A stretch of DNA of 52,901 nt from Candidatus Fimivivens sp. (GCA_035560715.1 DATMYW010000030.1:1-52901); one strand, 5' to 3'; positions 18,639 to 28,965 are shown, counted from the stretch's first letter. A program made the numbers and translations. The notes: a model not told the origin generated them from the letters alone.

Positions 18639-19733
18639 TTACGACCCGTTCATATCCCGCAGAACCTGTTCCTGAGTCCGGGCGGAATCATAGATACGGA
18701 CATCGTCTATCTGACCGTCAAAATAGTAGTTTCCCGGAATCGGCGGCGTGGCGCCGTTCAGCATAGCTCCGATCGCCACTCCCGGGTTATCCGTGATGGA
18801 ACCGCTTCCCTGGCTCGATGTTCCTTCCAATACTCCGTTCACATAGATCTTGGTATTCGTTCCGTCGGCGGTCGCCTCGATATGATACCAGGTGTTCGCA
18901 ACCGGAATGGTCGTACTTTGAACGCGTCCGGCCCCGGAACCGATTTCGAAATTGAACCTGTTGCCGAACATCGGCCCCTGAAACAGCAGCGCCATTCCGC
19001 CGGCAGGTCCGCCAATATCACGCCCGACGGCCATGATGTACTTGTCGACCGAAACGGATCCGATCCTGACCCAGGCCGCCAAGGTGAATACATTCGTCGG
19101 CATCGTAATCGAAGAAGTCCGCGCCGCGAAGTTGTCCGTTCCGTTGAAGTTGCCCGCCTGTCCGAACTTTCCCGAACTCCAATATCCGCTGCTGCCACTC
19201 CAGGTCAGTATGTTTCCGTTTCCGCTCGAATCCAGGACGGTGCTTCCCGACCCGTCATCGAATTTCCACCATCCGAGCATTTCGAGCGGCTTCACTTTGA
19301 CCTCCACGGCGCGGGTCGTACTACTGGTCTTTCCTCTGGATTTCACCCTCGTGACCAGCATCCGGTCGGTAGCGCAATCGGTAATGGCGACATCGCCGTT
19401 CTCACCCTGGAAAAAGTTGACCGTCCAGCCATCGACAGAGGTGATGTCACCGCCCGAACAGGTCGCCCCGGAAATATTGTTCGCGATCTCCTGCACAGTC
19501 AGTCGTCCACCCTTGTAAATCTGATACAGTACCAGTTCTATACCGGAATCGGCCACTTGGAACGATCGTGTCGAATTCCCGGTGGAGAGTGCCGCCTTCT
19601 GTTGCAGGACCGCCGCGGACAGGACCGTCAGCGAGGTCACGAGCATGAGTGACAGTATGATGAGGGAAAAGACGAGAACGGAGCCTTCGGCCGTGGAACG
19701 GAATACGCGAACCTTGTTTCCCATATGATTCAT
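18639..19733 (-). CDS. pilin-like (PilX-type hydrophobic N-terminus) LamG-domain surface protein
   Basis: N-terminus EGSVLVFSLIILSLMLVTSL. C-terminal LamG-like strand pattern (IYVNGVLEG, FDGQIDDVRIYDSA). No canonical G/FTLIE prepilin motif. Confidence 0.7.
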   Translation of the reverse strand: MNHMGNKVRVFRSTAEGSVLVFSLIILSLMLVTSLTVLSAAVLQQKAALSTGNSTRSFQVADSGIELVLYQIYKGGRLTVQEIANNISGATCSGGDITSVDGWTVNFFQGENGDVAITDCATDRMLVTRVKSRGKTSSTTRAVEVKVKPLEMLGWWKFDDGSGSTVLDSSGNGNILTWSGSSGYWSSGKFGQAGNFNGTDNFAARTSSITMPTNVFTLAAWVRIGSVSVDKYIMAVGRDIGGPAGGMALLFQGPMFGNRFNFEIGSGAGRVQSTTIPVANTWYHIEATADGTNTKIYVNGVLEGTSSQGSGSITDNPGVAIGAMLNGATPPIPGNYYFDGQIDDVRIYDSARTQEQVLRDMNGS

Positions 19734-19772
19734 GTCCTGCGCGGATGATCAGCTTTCAATATTGAAACCGGA

Positions 19773-21044
19773 TCAGTCGAACAGCTGCTTATAATGGTCT
19801 GCCCAATAGAGGATACCGTTGATGTACGGCGCGTAACACGTACCGAGATAACTGCAGGCGGCCGACTTCATGGCGGATGTCTTACCGGACGTCACGCCCG
19901 GTGTCTTCGCGAGTTTCAAGGCCATCGCCATCACGCCGTCAGTCAGGTTCCAGGGGCTCGGAGGGTTGTGACCCGTCGCCGACGAGACCTGTGATTTGTA
20001 GGCATTCCACGTATCCGGCATGAACTGCGCGACGCCCATCGCACCACCCGTTCCGGTATACCCCTTCGGATTACAGGAGACCTTCTGTTTCTTGTAGTCG
20101 ATGTCCAAATCGTCGCAGATTTTCTTGAACAAATCACGCCGCCGCTGGAACGTCGCCCATGCCGTCTTGCCAAGTTTTCCGGCCTTGTACGATGCCTGCG
20201 CGCCGCTCTCCACCTGCGCGTACGTACAACCGCCGACATTGGCACCGAGGTTGGTCTCCATCTTGAGCACGCCGACGAGGAACCCCTTCGGCACGCCGGT
20301 CTTCTTGTTCGCGTACTCGACCGCGTCCTTGATATCGCTCGCATCGTAGGAATTCCCAGTCAAAGTCGACAAGTCGCTCTGCAATTCGGCGACTTCCTTC
20401 CTCAGTCGGTCGACGACCTTCTGCTGATCCTCCAGATCGGCCGCGGTCGACTGCTGATCGGAAGCGAGTTCCTGTTTCTGCACGAGTTTGCTTCCGAGCG
20501 TCGCCTCATGCGCCTGCTTGAGCGCCTCGAGGTCCGACTGCGCCTGGAGCGCCTGATCCTGCGACGAATGTATGTCCGAAAGCGCCGCGCTCATCCGTTC
20601 GCCGACCGTCATGACCCGGTCGGGATCATTGAGCGCGCGGGTGACATCGTCCGCCGAGAGGAGTGCCGTGAATGCCGGGTCCTCCGACTCGGACTGCATC
20701 TCCCGAACGAGCCCGGCCAGTATGAGACGGTTCTCATCGATCCGGTTCTGGATGAGCTCGACTTCGGCCTGTTTCTTCTCGATCTCGTTCGTGGCCTGTG
20801 CGATCCGCGTCTTCGTCGCGACGATCGCCTGCTGCGTCACCGCAAGCGACGCGTTGATCCGGTTCAACTGTCCCGAAAGAGCGTCAGCCTGAGCTTGCGC
20901 CTGTTGCAATTTTTTTTGCGCCCTCTCATAATCCTTCTCTATGGAATCGACATCCTGCGCCTGCGCCACCAGAGCCGTCACCGCGGAGGTGCCGGAAATC
21001 ACGAGGGCAAGAAAAAGAGCGAGTATGCGGAATACCTGTTTCAT
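19773..21044 (-). CDS. secreted coiled-coil protein with C-terminal lytic transglycosylase (SLT-like) domain
   Basis: Signal peptide, about 200 aa of Q/A/E/L-rich coiled coil, then GAMGVAQFMPDTW. Confidence 0.75.
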   Translation of the reverse strand: MKQVFRILALFLALVISGTSAVTALVAQAQDVDSIEKDYERAQKKLQQAQAQADALSGQLNRINASLAVTQQAIVATKTRIAQATNEIEKKQAEVELIQNRIDENRLILAGLVREMQSESEDPAFTALLSADDVTRALNDPDRVMTVGERMSAALSDIHSSQDQALQAQSDLEALKQAHEATLGSKLVQKQELASDQQSTAADLEDQQKVVDRLRKEVAELQSDLSTLTGNSYDASDIKDAVEYANKKTGVPKGFLVGVLKMETNLGANVGGCTYAQVESGAQASYKAGKLGKTAWATFQRRRDLFKKICDDLDIDYKKQKVSCNPKGYTGTGGAMGVAQFMPDTWNAYKSQVSSATGHNPPSPWNLTDGVMAMALKLAKTPGVTSGKTSAMKSAACSYLGTCYAPYINGILYWADHYKQLFD

Positions 21045-21145
21045 TTCCGTATCATACCATGAACACCCTATCAGCGAAAGGAGTTTGACCGAAAAAGGCC
21101 GTCCGAAAGCATCGGACGGCCTTTGTATTCGGGACGATACATTCG

Positions 21146-22180
21146 TTAGGCCAAGAGGGCCGCGTCCTCCTTCGCCTTCTTCATGATCGCTTTGCCGATC
21201 GCTTCCGCGATTTTCGGATTTTCTTTGAGAAACGTCTTTGCCGTCTCGCGACCGACACCGAGTTTCGTCTCGCCGAAGAGGTATGAGTTGCCCGATTTCT
21301 TGACGGTCTCCAGACGGACTCCCGTATCCAACAGATCACCCGAAGCCGAGATGCCCTCGTTGTACATGATGTCGATTTCGGTCGTCCGGAACGGTGGAGC
21401 CACCTTGTTCTTCACGACCTTTATCTTCACGCGGTTGCCGACGACTTCCTCGCCCTTCTTGATCTGGGCGGCACGGCGCACCTCGATCCGGACCGATGAA
21501 TAGAACTTGAGTGCCTGACCGCCGGTCGTCGTCTCTGGATTGCCGAACATGACGCCGATCTTCATGCGCAGCTGGTTGATGAAGATGACCACTGTATTGG
21601 ACTTGGCCATGATCGGAGTAAGTTTGCGCAGGGCCTGCGACATGAGCCGAGCCTGTCGTCCGACATGCTGATCCCCCATCTCGCCTTCGATCTCCGCGCG
21701 CGGGACGAGTGCCGCCACCGAGTCGACCACGATCACGTCGAGCGCGTTCGAACGCACGAGTGTCTCGACGATGTCGAGCGCCTGTTCGCCCGCGTCCGGC
21801 TGTGAGATCAGAAGGTCGGCCGTCTTCACCCCGAGTTTCTTCGCATACTCCGGATCGAGCGCATGCTCCGCGTCGATGAAAGCCGCGGTCCCGCCCATCT
21901 TCTGCGCGTTCGCGATGATATGGAGCGCCAAGGTCGTCTTGCCCGACGACTCCGGCCCATACACCTCGATCACGCGGCCTCGCGGCACGCCGCCGATGCC
22001 GAGCGCCAGGTCGAGCGAGACCGATCCCGTCGGAATCGCCTCGATGTCCACCTTGCGGACTTCGCCGAGCTTCATGATCATCTCGTCCCCGAACTTCTCC
22101 TTGATGGATCCCATCACCGCGTCAAGACCGTCCTTTCCGCCACGCTTCTCCTGCTTCGCGTTCACGTCTTTCGCTGCCAT
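21146..22180 (-). CDS. recA: recombinase RecA
   Basis: Walker [22 protein letters not shown], whole-length RecA pattern. Confidence 0.98.
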   Translation of the reverse strand: MAAKDVNAKQEKRGGKDGLDAVMGSIKEKFGDEMIMKLGEVRKVDIEAIPTGSVSLDLALGIGGVPRGRVIEVYGPESSGKTTLALHIIANAQKMGGTAAFIDAEHALDPEYAKKLGVKTADLLISQPDAGEQALDIVETLVRSNALDVIVVDSVAALVPRAEIEGEMGDQHVGRQARLMSQALRKLTPIMAKSNTVVIFINQLRMKIGVMFGNPETTTGGQALKFYSSVRIEVRRAAQIKKGEEVVGNRVKIKVVKNKVAPPFRTTEIDIMYNEGISASGDLLDTGVRLETVKKSGNSYLFGETKLGVGRETAKTFLKENPKIAEAIGKAIMKKAKEDAALLA

Positions 22181-22211
22181 ACGTATATCCGATTATTGAT
22201 AAACTCTCCGG

Positions 22212-23189
22212 TCATCCTCTTCCGTCCGGTCCGTAGACCGTCGTCGACGGCTTCGGGTCCTCTGAGACCGGCGACTCCCCTCCATCGTCCTGGCGGACCA
22301 GTACCGCGTTCCCGACATCCGACTGGACCTCAATCCGCTCCCGTGCCGAAAACGGCCGCGTCTCACCCGAAGGAAGCGTCCCATTCCATACGGTCTCACC
22401 GTCGACTCGGACCGAAACATGCGTCGGGATCGTCGCACGGACCGAAATCCTCACGGACGACGTCGGCGCCTGATCAGAGGCGACAAACGAGACATCGCTT
22501 CCCGGGGGCAGTACCGCATTGACTGCGACGGTCCTCGTACGCGTCTTCCCGAACCGGTTCTCCGACGTTATGACGATCGTATTGAGACCGGAGGTGAGCG
22601 ACAATTCCTCGGAAAAAGCTCCGCGCTCATCGACGGTCGTTTCGCCTCCGTTTATGCGAACGGTAGCGCGCGGGTCGGATTCACCGCTGACAACGGTCGT
22701 CGCCACGGTCAGGGAATCACCGTCTCGCGGGGACAACAGTACCAACCGCGGCTCCGAGATGAATGTCTGGAACTGGAAATAGAGGTACGAGAAGGAACCG
22801 ATGACGACAACCGCGATAACGGAAAGAACGACGCCTCTCGTCGATACCGGAACTTGGAAACGTATCGGACATTTCGGATGGAAACGCGACGGGGCTGGTG
22901 CCCCGCTCAGATTCTTCCGTATGCTCCGCTCACGCTCGTAGAGCTTGAGAATCGCTTCCTCGGGAATACCGAGAAATGCCGCGTATGCGCGCAGAAACCC
23001 ACGGACATACACTTCCGGAGGGAGACTCCCATACGCGCCCGACTCGAGCGCCTCGAGGTATTTCACCTGGATGCTCGTCGCACGGGACACCTCCGAGAGG
23101 CTGATCCGATTGTCGGCACGGACCTTGCGAAGCTTTTCTCCGAGTGTGAGCGATCCGACCCGTTTTCTGGTGAAATTCGCGGCAGTCAT
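22212..23189 (-). CDS. RodZ-like HTH membrane protein
   Basis: N-terminal Cro/C1-type HTH (LGEKLRKVRADNRISLSEVS), one TM helix, extracellular beta-rich C-terminus. Confidence 0.75.
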   Translation of the reverse strand: MTAANFTRKRVGSLTLGEKLRKVRADNRISLSEVSRATSIQVKYLEALESGAYGSLPPEVYVRGFLRAYAAFLGIPEEAILKLYERERSIRKNLSGAPAPSRFHPKCPIRFQVPVSTRGVVLSVIAVVVIGSFSYLYFQFQTFISEPRLVLLSPRDGDSLTVATTVVSGESDPRATVRINGGETTVDERGAFSEELSLTSGLNTIVITSENRFGKTRTRTVAVNAVLPPGSDVSFVASDQAPTSSVRISVRATIPTHVSVRVDGETVWNGTLPSGETRPFSARERIEVQSDVGNAVLVRQDDGGESPVSEDPKPSTTVYGPDGRG

Positions 23190-23550
23190 GCCTCCATCCT
23201 AGCACGCCCCGACCGATGGGCCAAGGGAGTGAAAAACGTGGATCGGAAGAACGATTTCTCGTATTACTCACTCATCTTTCATTTCCACTCGTTTGTCTCC
23301 CTTCCAAAAAACTCTGGCGGAGCGTTACAGGCGGGCACAAGCACGGCTCTTCGCGAAGTGCGGGGAGCGACGGTCCAGAGCGCGGAAATACATCCTGGTC
23401 CTGTCGATCGCGAACGACTGCACCGGATCACCATAGGCAAGTACGCCCTCGCAAAGACAGACTCATAGGAAACGATCCGTTCGGCAACGAAGACCGACCC
23501 CGTAGACCGCGGGACACGCTTTCGACCTTATGGACCTGATGGACTTTCGA

Positions 23551-26007
23551 CTACACTTGCCACTTGTCGCGTTCGACCTGATCCGACAAGGGGTCGTCAT
23601 ACTCGGGCGCGTCGGACTGCCCGGCGAATTTTCCGACGAGCACCGGCCGGCCCTTATTGTTGCCTTCCGGCGGGCCGACGATCCCGTTCTCTTCCAGGAG
23701 GTCGAGCAGTTTCGCGGCGCGACCGTACCCGACCGAGAGCCGGCGCTGCAGAAATGTCGTCGCGGCGCGTCCCGACTCGATAACGAGCTGCTTTGCTTCG
23801 TCATACTTGTCATCCAGGTCGTTCGGATCGTCCGACGACGCCGAAAAATCAACATCTCCTGCGGGTGCCACGAATCCGGGCAGTTTTTCCTGTTCCCCGC
23901 CACCGAAATCGTCGTCAAGATTCTCCTCGCCGAGATCCTTCTTCTGGTCGATGAAAAATTTCACGATGTCCTTCACCTCCCGATCATCGACGTAGACACC
24001 CTGGATACGCTTCGGCTGAGACGATTCCGGCGGAGCATAGAGCATATCCCCTTTGCCAATGAGCTTCTCGGCACCGCCCGTATCAAGGATGATGCGAGAG
24101 TCCATCTGATTCGAGACCGCGAACGCGATCTTGCCAGGAATATTCGACTTGATAAGACCCGTCACCACGTCCGAAACCGGCTTCTGCGTCGCGAGAACGA
24201 GATGGATACCGGCCGCACGCGACATCTGCGCAAGCCGGACGATCGCACCCTCGACCTCCTTGCCATGCGACATCATGAGGTCGGCCATCTCGTCGATGAC
24301 GATCACGATATACGGCAACGGCTCCAACGGAACCGTCCGCGGCCGTCCGTCCGGACCGTTCTTATCGACATACGTCTCGCCGCGACGTTCTTTCTCGCGG
24401 TACGATCGGAGATCGCGGACCCGCACGGCCTCGAAGAGCCGGAGCCTGCGTTCCATCTCGCCGATCGCGTACTTGAGGGCGTTCACGACATGCTTGGAAT
24501 CGGTGATGACCCTGCCGCCCTTGAGGTGCGGGATGCCGTTGTAAAGCGACAGTTCGACGCGCTTCGGGTCGACCAGGATGAGCTGCAGATCCTCAGGCGA
24601 GTTCTGATAGAGAAACGAGAGGAGGACCGAATTGATGCAGACGCTTTTCCCCGACCCGGTGCGACCCGCGATGAGGAGGTGCGGCATCGATTCAAGGTCC
24701 GCCACTTCGTAATCACCCGAGACCGATTCACCGAGCACGAAGGAGAGGTTCGATTTACGTTTCGCGAAAGACTCGCTCTCGAGGATGTCGCGCATGCGGA
24801 CACTCGCCTGCTTCGTGTTCGGCACCTCGATGCCGACGAGCGACTTGTTCGGAATCGGTGCTTCGATACGGATCGGGTGCTTCGCGAGCGCGAGCGCGAG
24901 GTCATTCGATAGTCCGACGATCTTGGACAGCTTGGTCCCGAACGCCGGGCTGAACGTGTACTGCGTGACGGTGGGTCCGACCGTCGTGTCACCCATCTCG
25001 CCCGAGATATTGAAGTATTTGAGCGTACTCTGGATGACCTGCCGGGTCTGATCCAGGTCCCCCGAATCGGCACTGCCGCTCTTCCCGCGGAAGAAATCCG
25101 CGTCCGGCCGCTGCCAGACCGACGGATGGCGTTTCTTCCGCCGCTTCGGAGCGTCTTCTTCCTCATCGTCTTCGTCTTCGTTTTCGTCTTCTTCTTCCGT
25201 CGTATCAAACAGCGCCTCCTGGACTGACCGCTCATGCGCGGCTTTCGCGGCGCCGTCCTCCTCAGGAAAACTGATGGTGCCGATATTCCTGCGGGCGTCC
25301 TCGATTTCCGGAGCCGGTACGGACATGGTCGCTCCGAGCGAAGATATCGCGAGCGGCACGGTTTCGACAGGTTCCGAAACGGCTTCCTCCGATTCCTCCC
25401 CGCTCCCGGAGCGCAGCGACAGGATCTTCCCCTTCAGATACGACAGAAAATGAATGAGTGAGACATTGAATGCGGCGATGGTGCCCGAAAGGAAAAGCGC
25501 GATCAGGATAACCGTCCCCGCCGGCCGTCCGGCATACGTGAACAGGAGCGCCGCCAGACCGTACCCTACGTACCCTCCACCCGATCCGCGTTTCGCGGCC
25601 GCGAGCATCTCCTTGCCCGAATCACCGAGATACAGGTGAAACAATCCCAATAGCGAGACGAAGATGACGCCGAGTCCGATGAACTTCACCACGTCCGACA
25701 GGGTCGTCGACCGTCGGCGCAGCAGAAAAAAGGCCGAGATGAGAAGGACCGCCGGAAACAGCCACTTGCCCCATCCGAACAACGCGCCGACAACGGAATC
25801 GGACAGCGACCCGATCGACCCGCCGACGCCGAAAAACGCGAACGTAAACAAAATCGCGCACGCGACCAGGAGGATCGCCACGATGCTGCGTTTCGCGTCA
25901 CCGCCGAGCGCATCGCCCCATCCGGATTCCACTTCCTCTTCCGGCTCCTCGTCATGCTTCCGTCTCCGACCGTGCGCCGGCTTCTCCTCCTGCTTTTTCC
26001 GTCCCAT
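23551..26007 (-). CDS. ftsK: DNA translocase FtsK
   Basis: N-terminal TM helices, acidic linker, Walker A GRTGSGKSV, C-terminal gamma-like wHTH (RRLSVGYGRAAKLLD). Confidence 0.95.
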   Translation of the reverse strand: MGRKKQEEKPAHGRRRKHDEEPEEEVESGWGDALGGDAKRSIVAILLVACAILFTFAFFGVGGSIGSLSDSVVGALFGWGKWLFPAVLLISAFFLLRRRSTTLSDVVKFIGLGVIFVSLLGLFHLYLGDSGKEMLAAAKRGSGGGYVGYGLAALLFTYAGRPAGTVILIALFLSGTIAAFNVSLIHFLSYLKGKILSLRSGSGEESEEAVSEPVETVPLAISSLGATMSVPAPEIEDARRNIGTISFPEEDGAAKAAHERSVQEALFDTTEEEDENEDEDDEEEDAPKRRKKRHPSVWQRPDADFFRGKSGSADSGDLDQTRQVIQSTLKYFNISGEMGDTTVGPTVTQYTFSPAFGTKLSKIVGLSNDLALALAKHPIRIEAPIPNKSLVGIEVPNTKQASVRMRDILESESFAKRKSNLSFVLGESVSGDYEVADLESMPHLLIAGRTGSGKSVCINSVLLSFLYQNSPEDLQLILVDPKRVELSLYNGIPHLKGGRVITDSKHVVNALKYAIGEMERRLRLFEAVRVRDLRSYREKERRGETYVDKNGPDGRPRTVPLEPLPYIVIVIDEMADLMMSHGKEVEGAIVRLAQMSRAAGIHLVLATQKPVSDVVTGLIKSNIPGKIAFAVSNQMDSRIILDTGGAEKLIGKGDMLYAPPESSQPKRIQGVYVDDREVKDIVKFFIDQKKDLGEENLDDDFGGGEQEKLPGFVAPAGDVDFSASSDDPNDLDDKYDEAKQLVIESGRAATTFLQRRLSVGYGRAAKLLDLLEENGIVGPPEGNNKGRPVLVGKFAGQSDAPEYDDPLSDQVERDKWQV

Positions 26008-26144
26008 AGGAAAACAGTGAACATATCACCACGACACGCCGGAAATCCCGAGTGTCGGAACATGTCCCATTATAACACCGCTTTCGCGGGATAAAAAACA
26101 CCCGGCACGTTTCCGTACCGGGGTATTCCCTTTCCATTCGGGAC

Positions 26145-26711
26145 TCATACCAGCAACCGTTCCTCGATCCGCTCTTTCTTCGGCAGGATCGAAGCTGCCG
26201 CCCCCAGGAACTCCGGCTTCGGCATTTGGAGAAGGACCGACTTGCCGACTCTGACAAACACCGACTCCGGTGCGACGGGACTGAACGTCACGCTCCAGAA
26301 ACGGAACAGCGTTTCAAGATCGGGCAGCGTGCATCCGACCTTTTCTGCCTGGACACACAACCGCCCGCTCTTTTTGACGACGAAGACCGACATCTCGGGC
26401 GTTTTTTCCTCGGTGATTGAAACTCCCCCGTGCAACGAGTACGACGGTCCCTCCAGCACGGTACATGCATCCCCCTCCCGGAAAAACCCTTCCGGAACCG
26501 GAAATGCCAGTCCGGCCCCCAAGACCCGTTCCCGATCGAGAAGGACCGCGACAAAAGCGTTGTTATCATTGGAACGCGGAATCCGCTCGAGATACGAACG
26601 GACCTTCGGGATGAGTTCCCGTTCCGCGATACTCCAGGATAGTCCCTTCCCGTCACCAACGACGACACCGTACCGCGTACCGTCTTTCCCCACATACAGA
26701 TATGTTTTCAA
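26145..26711 (-). CDS. hypothetical protein (TTG start)
   Basis: 188-aa ORF. AAAGGAGGAAGCT lies immediately upstream of TTG 26711. Hairpin plus T-run downstream at 26093..26123. Confidence 0.65.
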   Translation of the reverse strand: MKTYLYVGKDGTRYGVVVGDGKGLSWSIAERELIPKVRSYLERIPRSNDNNAFVAVLLDRERVLGAGLAFPVPEGFFREGDACTVLEGPSYSLHGGVSITEEKTPEMSVFVVKKSGRLCVQAEKVGCTLPDLETLFRFWSVTFSPVAPESVFVRVGKSVLLQMPKPEFLGAAASILPKKERIEERLLV

Positions 26712-26862
26712 AGCTTCCTCCTTTCGTTTGTTTTGCGAGACGTTCCACTGGAAAGTCTCTTTCAGAATAAAGACGACGCGATTTCTTTCGATGTCGTCAT
26801 CTTCGTCGCCGCTCCTTTGCAGTGATCATTTCGAATTCCCCGCGGTATTCCTCCGGTCTTCA

Positions 26863-27294
26863 TCAATTCAAATGCTGATTTTCTTTCCCTCGCGCCCGAC
26901 CGAAAATCGATGCGAAAGAATCGGTTTGCCTCTCTCCGAAAAAGTATACGAACTCGACGTCGACCCTCTGAACCAGAAACAGGTCACGGTACAGCCGCGT
27001 TCTCTTGCAGAATGGCGGAACGATGAACCGGAAACCGTTGTCGGAAAACGACATATGCGACGCATCCATCAACAAGACAAGTTCATCCTTTCGTTCCTCC
27101 AATTTCGGGAACTGCGACAAAAGCACCCTGCGACATACCGGGATCATTTTCGGCATGGATTTCCGATCGACATCCATCCCAATGATATGGGACACGATCG
27201 GCTCCAGGGGATACTTCTGTCCATCGATCTCGACCTCCCTCCCGAAGAGGACCCCGAGCATTTCTCCGAAACGGAATTCTTCTATCGTAGCCAT
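26863..27294 (-). CDS. hypothetical protein
   Basis: In-frame ATG 27294 (MATIEEF...) lies downstream of its own promoter and leader hairpin. The longer ORF to 27342 would cover those elements. Confidence 0.6.
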   Translation of the reverse strand: MATIEEFRFGEMLGVLFGREVEIDGQKYPLEPIVSHIIGMDVDRKSMPKMIPVCRRVLLSQFPKLEERKDELVLLMDASHMSFSDNGFRFIVPPFCKRTRLYRDLFLVQRVDVEFVYFFGERQTDSFASIFGRARGKENQHLN

Positions 27295-27313
27295 GATTGG
27301 TAACGGACTATGA

Positions 27314-27333
27314 TTCCCGCGGAAGCCCCGCGG
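27314..27333 (-). promoter_or_regulatory. leader hairpin, exact 20-nt repeat copy 1
   Basis: TTCCCGCGGAAGCCCCGCGG on the plus strand. On the mRNA it reads CCGCGG-GGCTT-CCGCGG-GAA, 19 nt before the ATG. Confidence 0.6.
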
Positions 27334-27363
27334 TGGGCACATTCACCTCTTTTCGTACGTTCC

Positions 27364-27392
27364 TTTCTAGCGCACGTCACGGTTCCTGTCAA
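27364..27392 (-). promoter_or_regulatory. promoter of 26863..27294
   Basis: Minus strand TTGACA, 17 nt, TAGAAA, with GTGCGCTAG overlapping the -10. Confidence 0.5.
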
Positions 27393-27398
27393 CGAATT

Positions 27399-27427
27399 AA
27401 GCCCGTTCTCTTATCGAGAACGGGCTT
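27399..27427 (-). terminator. hairpin after 27438..27953
   Basis: Perfect 12-bp stem AAGCCCGTTCTC-TTATC-GAGAACGGGCTT, followed on the minus strand by AATT. Confidence 0.55.
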
Positions 27428-27437
27428 CGTTTGGCGT

Positions 27438-27953
27438 TTACGCCGGAACCGTTTCCATACCGCCGAGCGGTGGTCGCCGATCCGATCCACGGTCGGAATC
27501 CCGGAAGGTCTCTCCGGAATCCGATACGGGAGGGGAAGTCGGCGACCGATTCTCGTCATCGGTCCTGAGGACTATCGTCGCCTGCGGTATGAGAAACTTT
27601 TTCCCGAACCGCGTCTCAAGCGAAGCGAGTGCCTTTCCGAGTCGGTCCCAGTCTTCGTCGCACGGCTCTCGATTACGCGTCTTCTCATCTATATCGCAGA
27701 CGGCATGGGCAAGCTTCTCCAACAGCGGCTCCATCGACGGAAAATCCGGCAATTTGCCGAGAACATACGTGCCGATATTCTCCATCATTTCCGGACCGTA
27801 TCTCTCGAGAACATCCCGTTCGCCGGACACGATCTCCATGATTTCCTCGATCTCGGAGGATCCGTCCCCGAAAAAATACCGGCGCTGCAACATGAGATTG
27901 ATGACGTCGCGCAACACGAGAGTCACCATCTTCACGTTCTCCTGGCCTTCCAT
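27438..27953 (-). CDS. hypothetical acidic protein
   Basis: In-frame ATG 27953 (MEGQENV...) placed by analogy with the neighbouring gene, downstream of the same promoter/leader module. Confidence 0.6.
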   Translation of the reverse strand: MEGQENVKMVTLVLRDVINLMLQRRYFFGDGSSEIEEIMEIVSGERDVLERYGPEMMENIGTYVLGKLPDFPSMEPLLEKLAHAVCDIDEKTRNREPCDEDWDRLGKALASLETRFGKKFLIPQATIVLRTDDENRSPTSPPVSDSGETFRDSDRGSDRRPPLGGMETVPA

Positions 27954-27968
27954 GATAATGAGCTTTGG

Positions 27969-27988
27969 TTCCCGCGGAAGCCCCGCGG
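27969..27988 (-). promoter_or_regulatory. leader hairpin, exact 20-nt repeat copy 2
   Basis: Identical TTCCCGCGGAAGCCCCGCGG, 15 nt before the ATG. Confidence 0.6.
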
Positions 27989-28017
27989 CAGGCATCGGTT
28001 CTTTGTGTTCCCATCCA

Positions 28018-28046
28018 TTCCTAGCGCACCTGTGGCGCACTGTCAA
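28018..28046 (-). promoter_or_regulatory. promoter of 27438..27953
   Basis: Minus strand TTGACA, 17 nt, TAGGAA, with the same GTGCGCTAG context. Confidence 0.5.
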
Positions 28047-28141
28047 AGGGATGTTCCCGGATTCCCGCCGGCACCGCATCGTTCGGCTCTCGACCGTTAG
28101 GAATATCAATAAATACGAGTCCATTTTTTCCTTTCAAACCA

Positions 28142-28169
28142 TTGACAGTCGGAAAGAAATCAGTATAAT
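28142..28169 (+). promoter_or_regulatory. promoter of 28229..28909
   Basis: TTGACA, 16 nt, TATAAT. GGAGG lies 5 nt before ATG 28229. Confidence 0.65.
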
Positions 28170-28228
28170 AGGATACAGTCAATTTTACAGTTCCAGCCAC
28201 TAATAACCGACACGAAACCGGAGGTTCC

Positions 28229-28909
28229 ATGGTTCCTGAAAGCAAACCGAGGCTCATCCTGATCGGCAAAGAACGGACTTTACCGATACTCGATCTATTG
28301 CAAACCTTACTTTCTGACCTTTTCTTCGTCGAGGTGAACGTGTTCCGTGACGTAATCCCGAAGTGCTACACGAAAACAAGAACTCCCACATTGAAAGCGA
28401 TCGCGATTGCGGATTATGTGACCTCATCACTCGAAATCCCCGAGGATGTCTTCGCTTTTGGCATCGGCTTCACAGCGGAGAAGCTGCATTGGAACGATGA
28501 TCGAACGGGAGAGGAGCTCCTCAACCCCGATTCGAGGAAGCATCTCGACGAGCTTCTATCCAAACTATGCGGCCGCGATTACTGCCTGAATGTCGGCTGC
28601 TCCCTGCTCTCCGCAGACATGTCGGTTTCAAAGACATTCGTCATACCGGAGTATCTTTGCGTCAAGGCACTGACCGACGAGGAGAAGAGGGCGTTCGTCG
28701 CCGGTATGCAGAAACAGAGATTCGGCAAAGTCGGTCCTACGTTCCCGTTCCGTGAAACGGACGAGTGGCGACAGGTACTCGATATGCCTGAAGCAGACAT
28801 CGAGATCATCGCTAAACGGATTCTCCATCGGCTCTCGAAGCAGGACTGCCCGCTCAACGCGGAAATGCGTGGCCGTTTCGAAACCGCGGCGAATCTGCAA
28901 GCGCAGTGA
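28229..28909 (+). CDS. hypothetical protein
   Basis: 226-aa ORF with consensus promoter, SD and terminator. Confidence 0.7.
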   Translation: MVPESKPRLILIGKERTLPILDLLQTLLSDLFFVEVNVFRDVIPKCYTKTRTPTLKAIAIADYVTSSLEIPEDVFAFGIGFTAEKLHWNDDRTGEELLNPDSRKHLDELLSKLCGRDYCLNVGCSLLSADMSVSKTFVIPEYLCVKALTDEEKRAFVAGMQKQRFGKVGPTFPFRETDEWRQVLDMPEADIEIIAKRILHRLSKQDCPLNAEMRGRFETAANLQAQ

Positions 28910-28928
28910 AGACCTTCGTCTGGAAACG

Positions 28929-28965
28929 ACGGACCATACTTCAAAAAGGTATGGTCCGTTTTTTT
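28929..28965 (+). terminator. intrinsic terminator
   Basis: ACGGACCATAC-N9-GTATGGTCCGT followed by TTTTTT. Confidence 0.8.

Noticed and set aside
23190-23550. Possible ncRNA (SRP/6S-like) in the 360-nt ftsK-rodZ spacer
   Set aside because: An imperfect hairpin exists (CGACGGTCCAG...CTGGTCCTGTCG), but I could not find the conserved SRP domain IV motifs or a tRNA-like or RNase P-like core. It is left unannotated, and a covariance-model scan would settle it.
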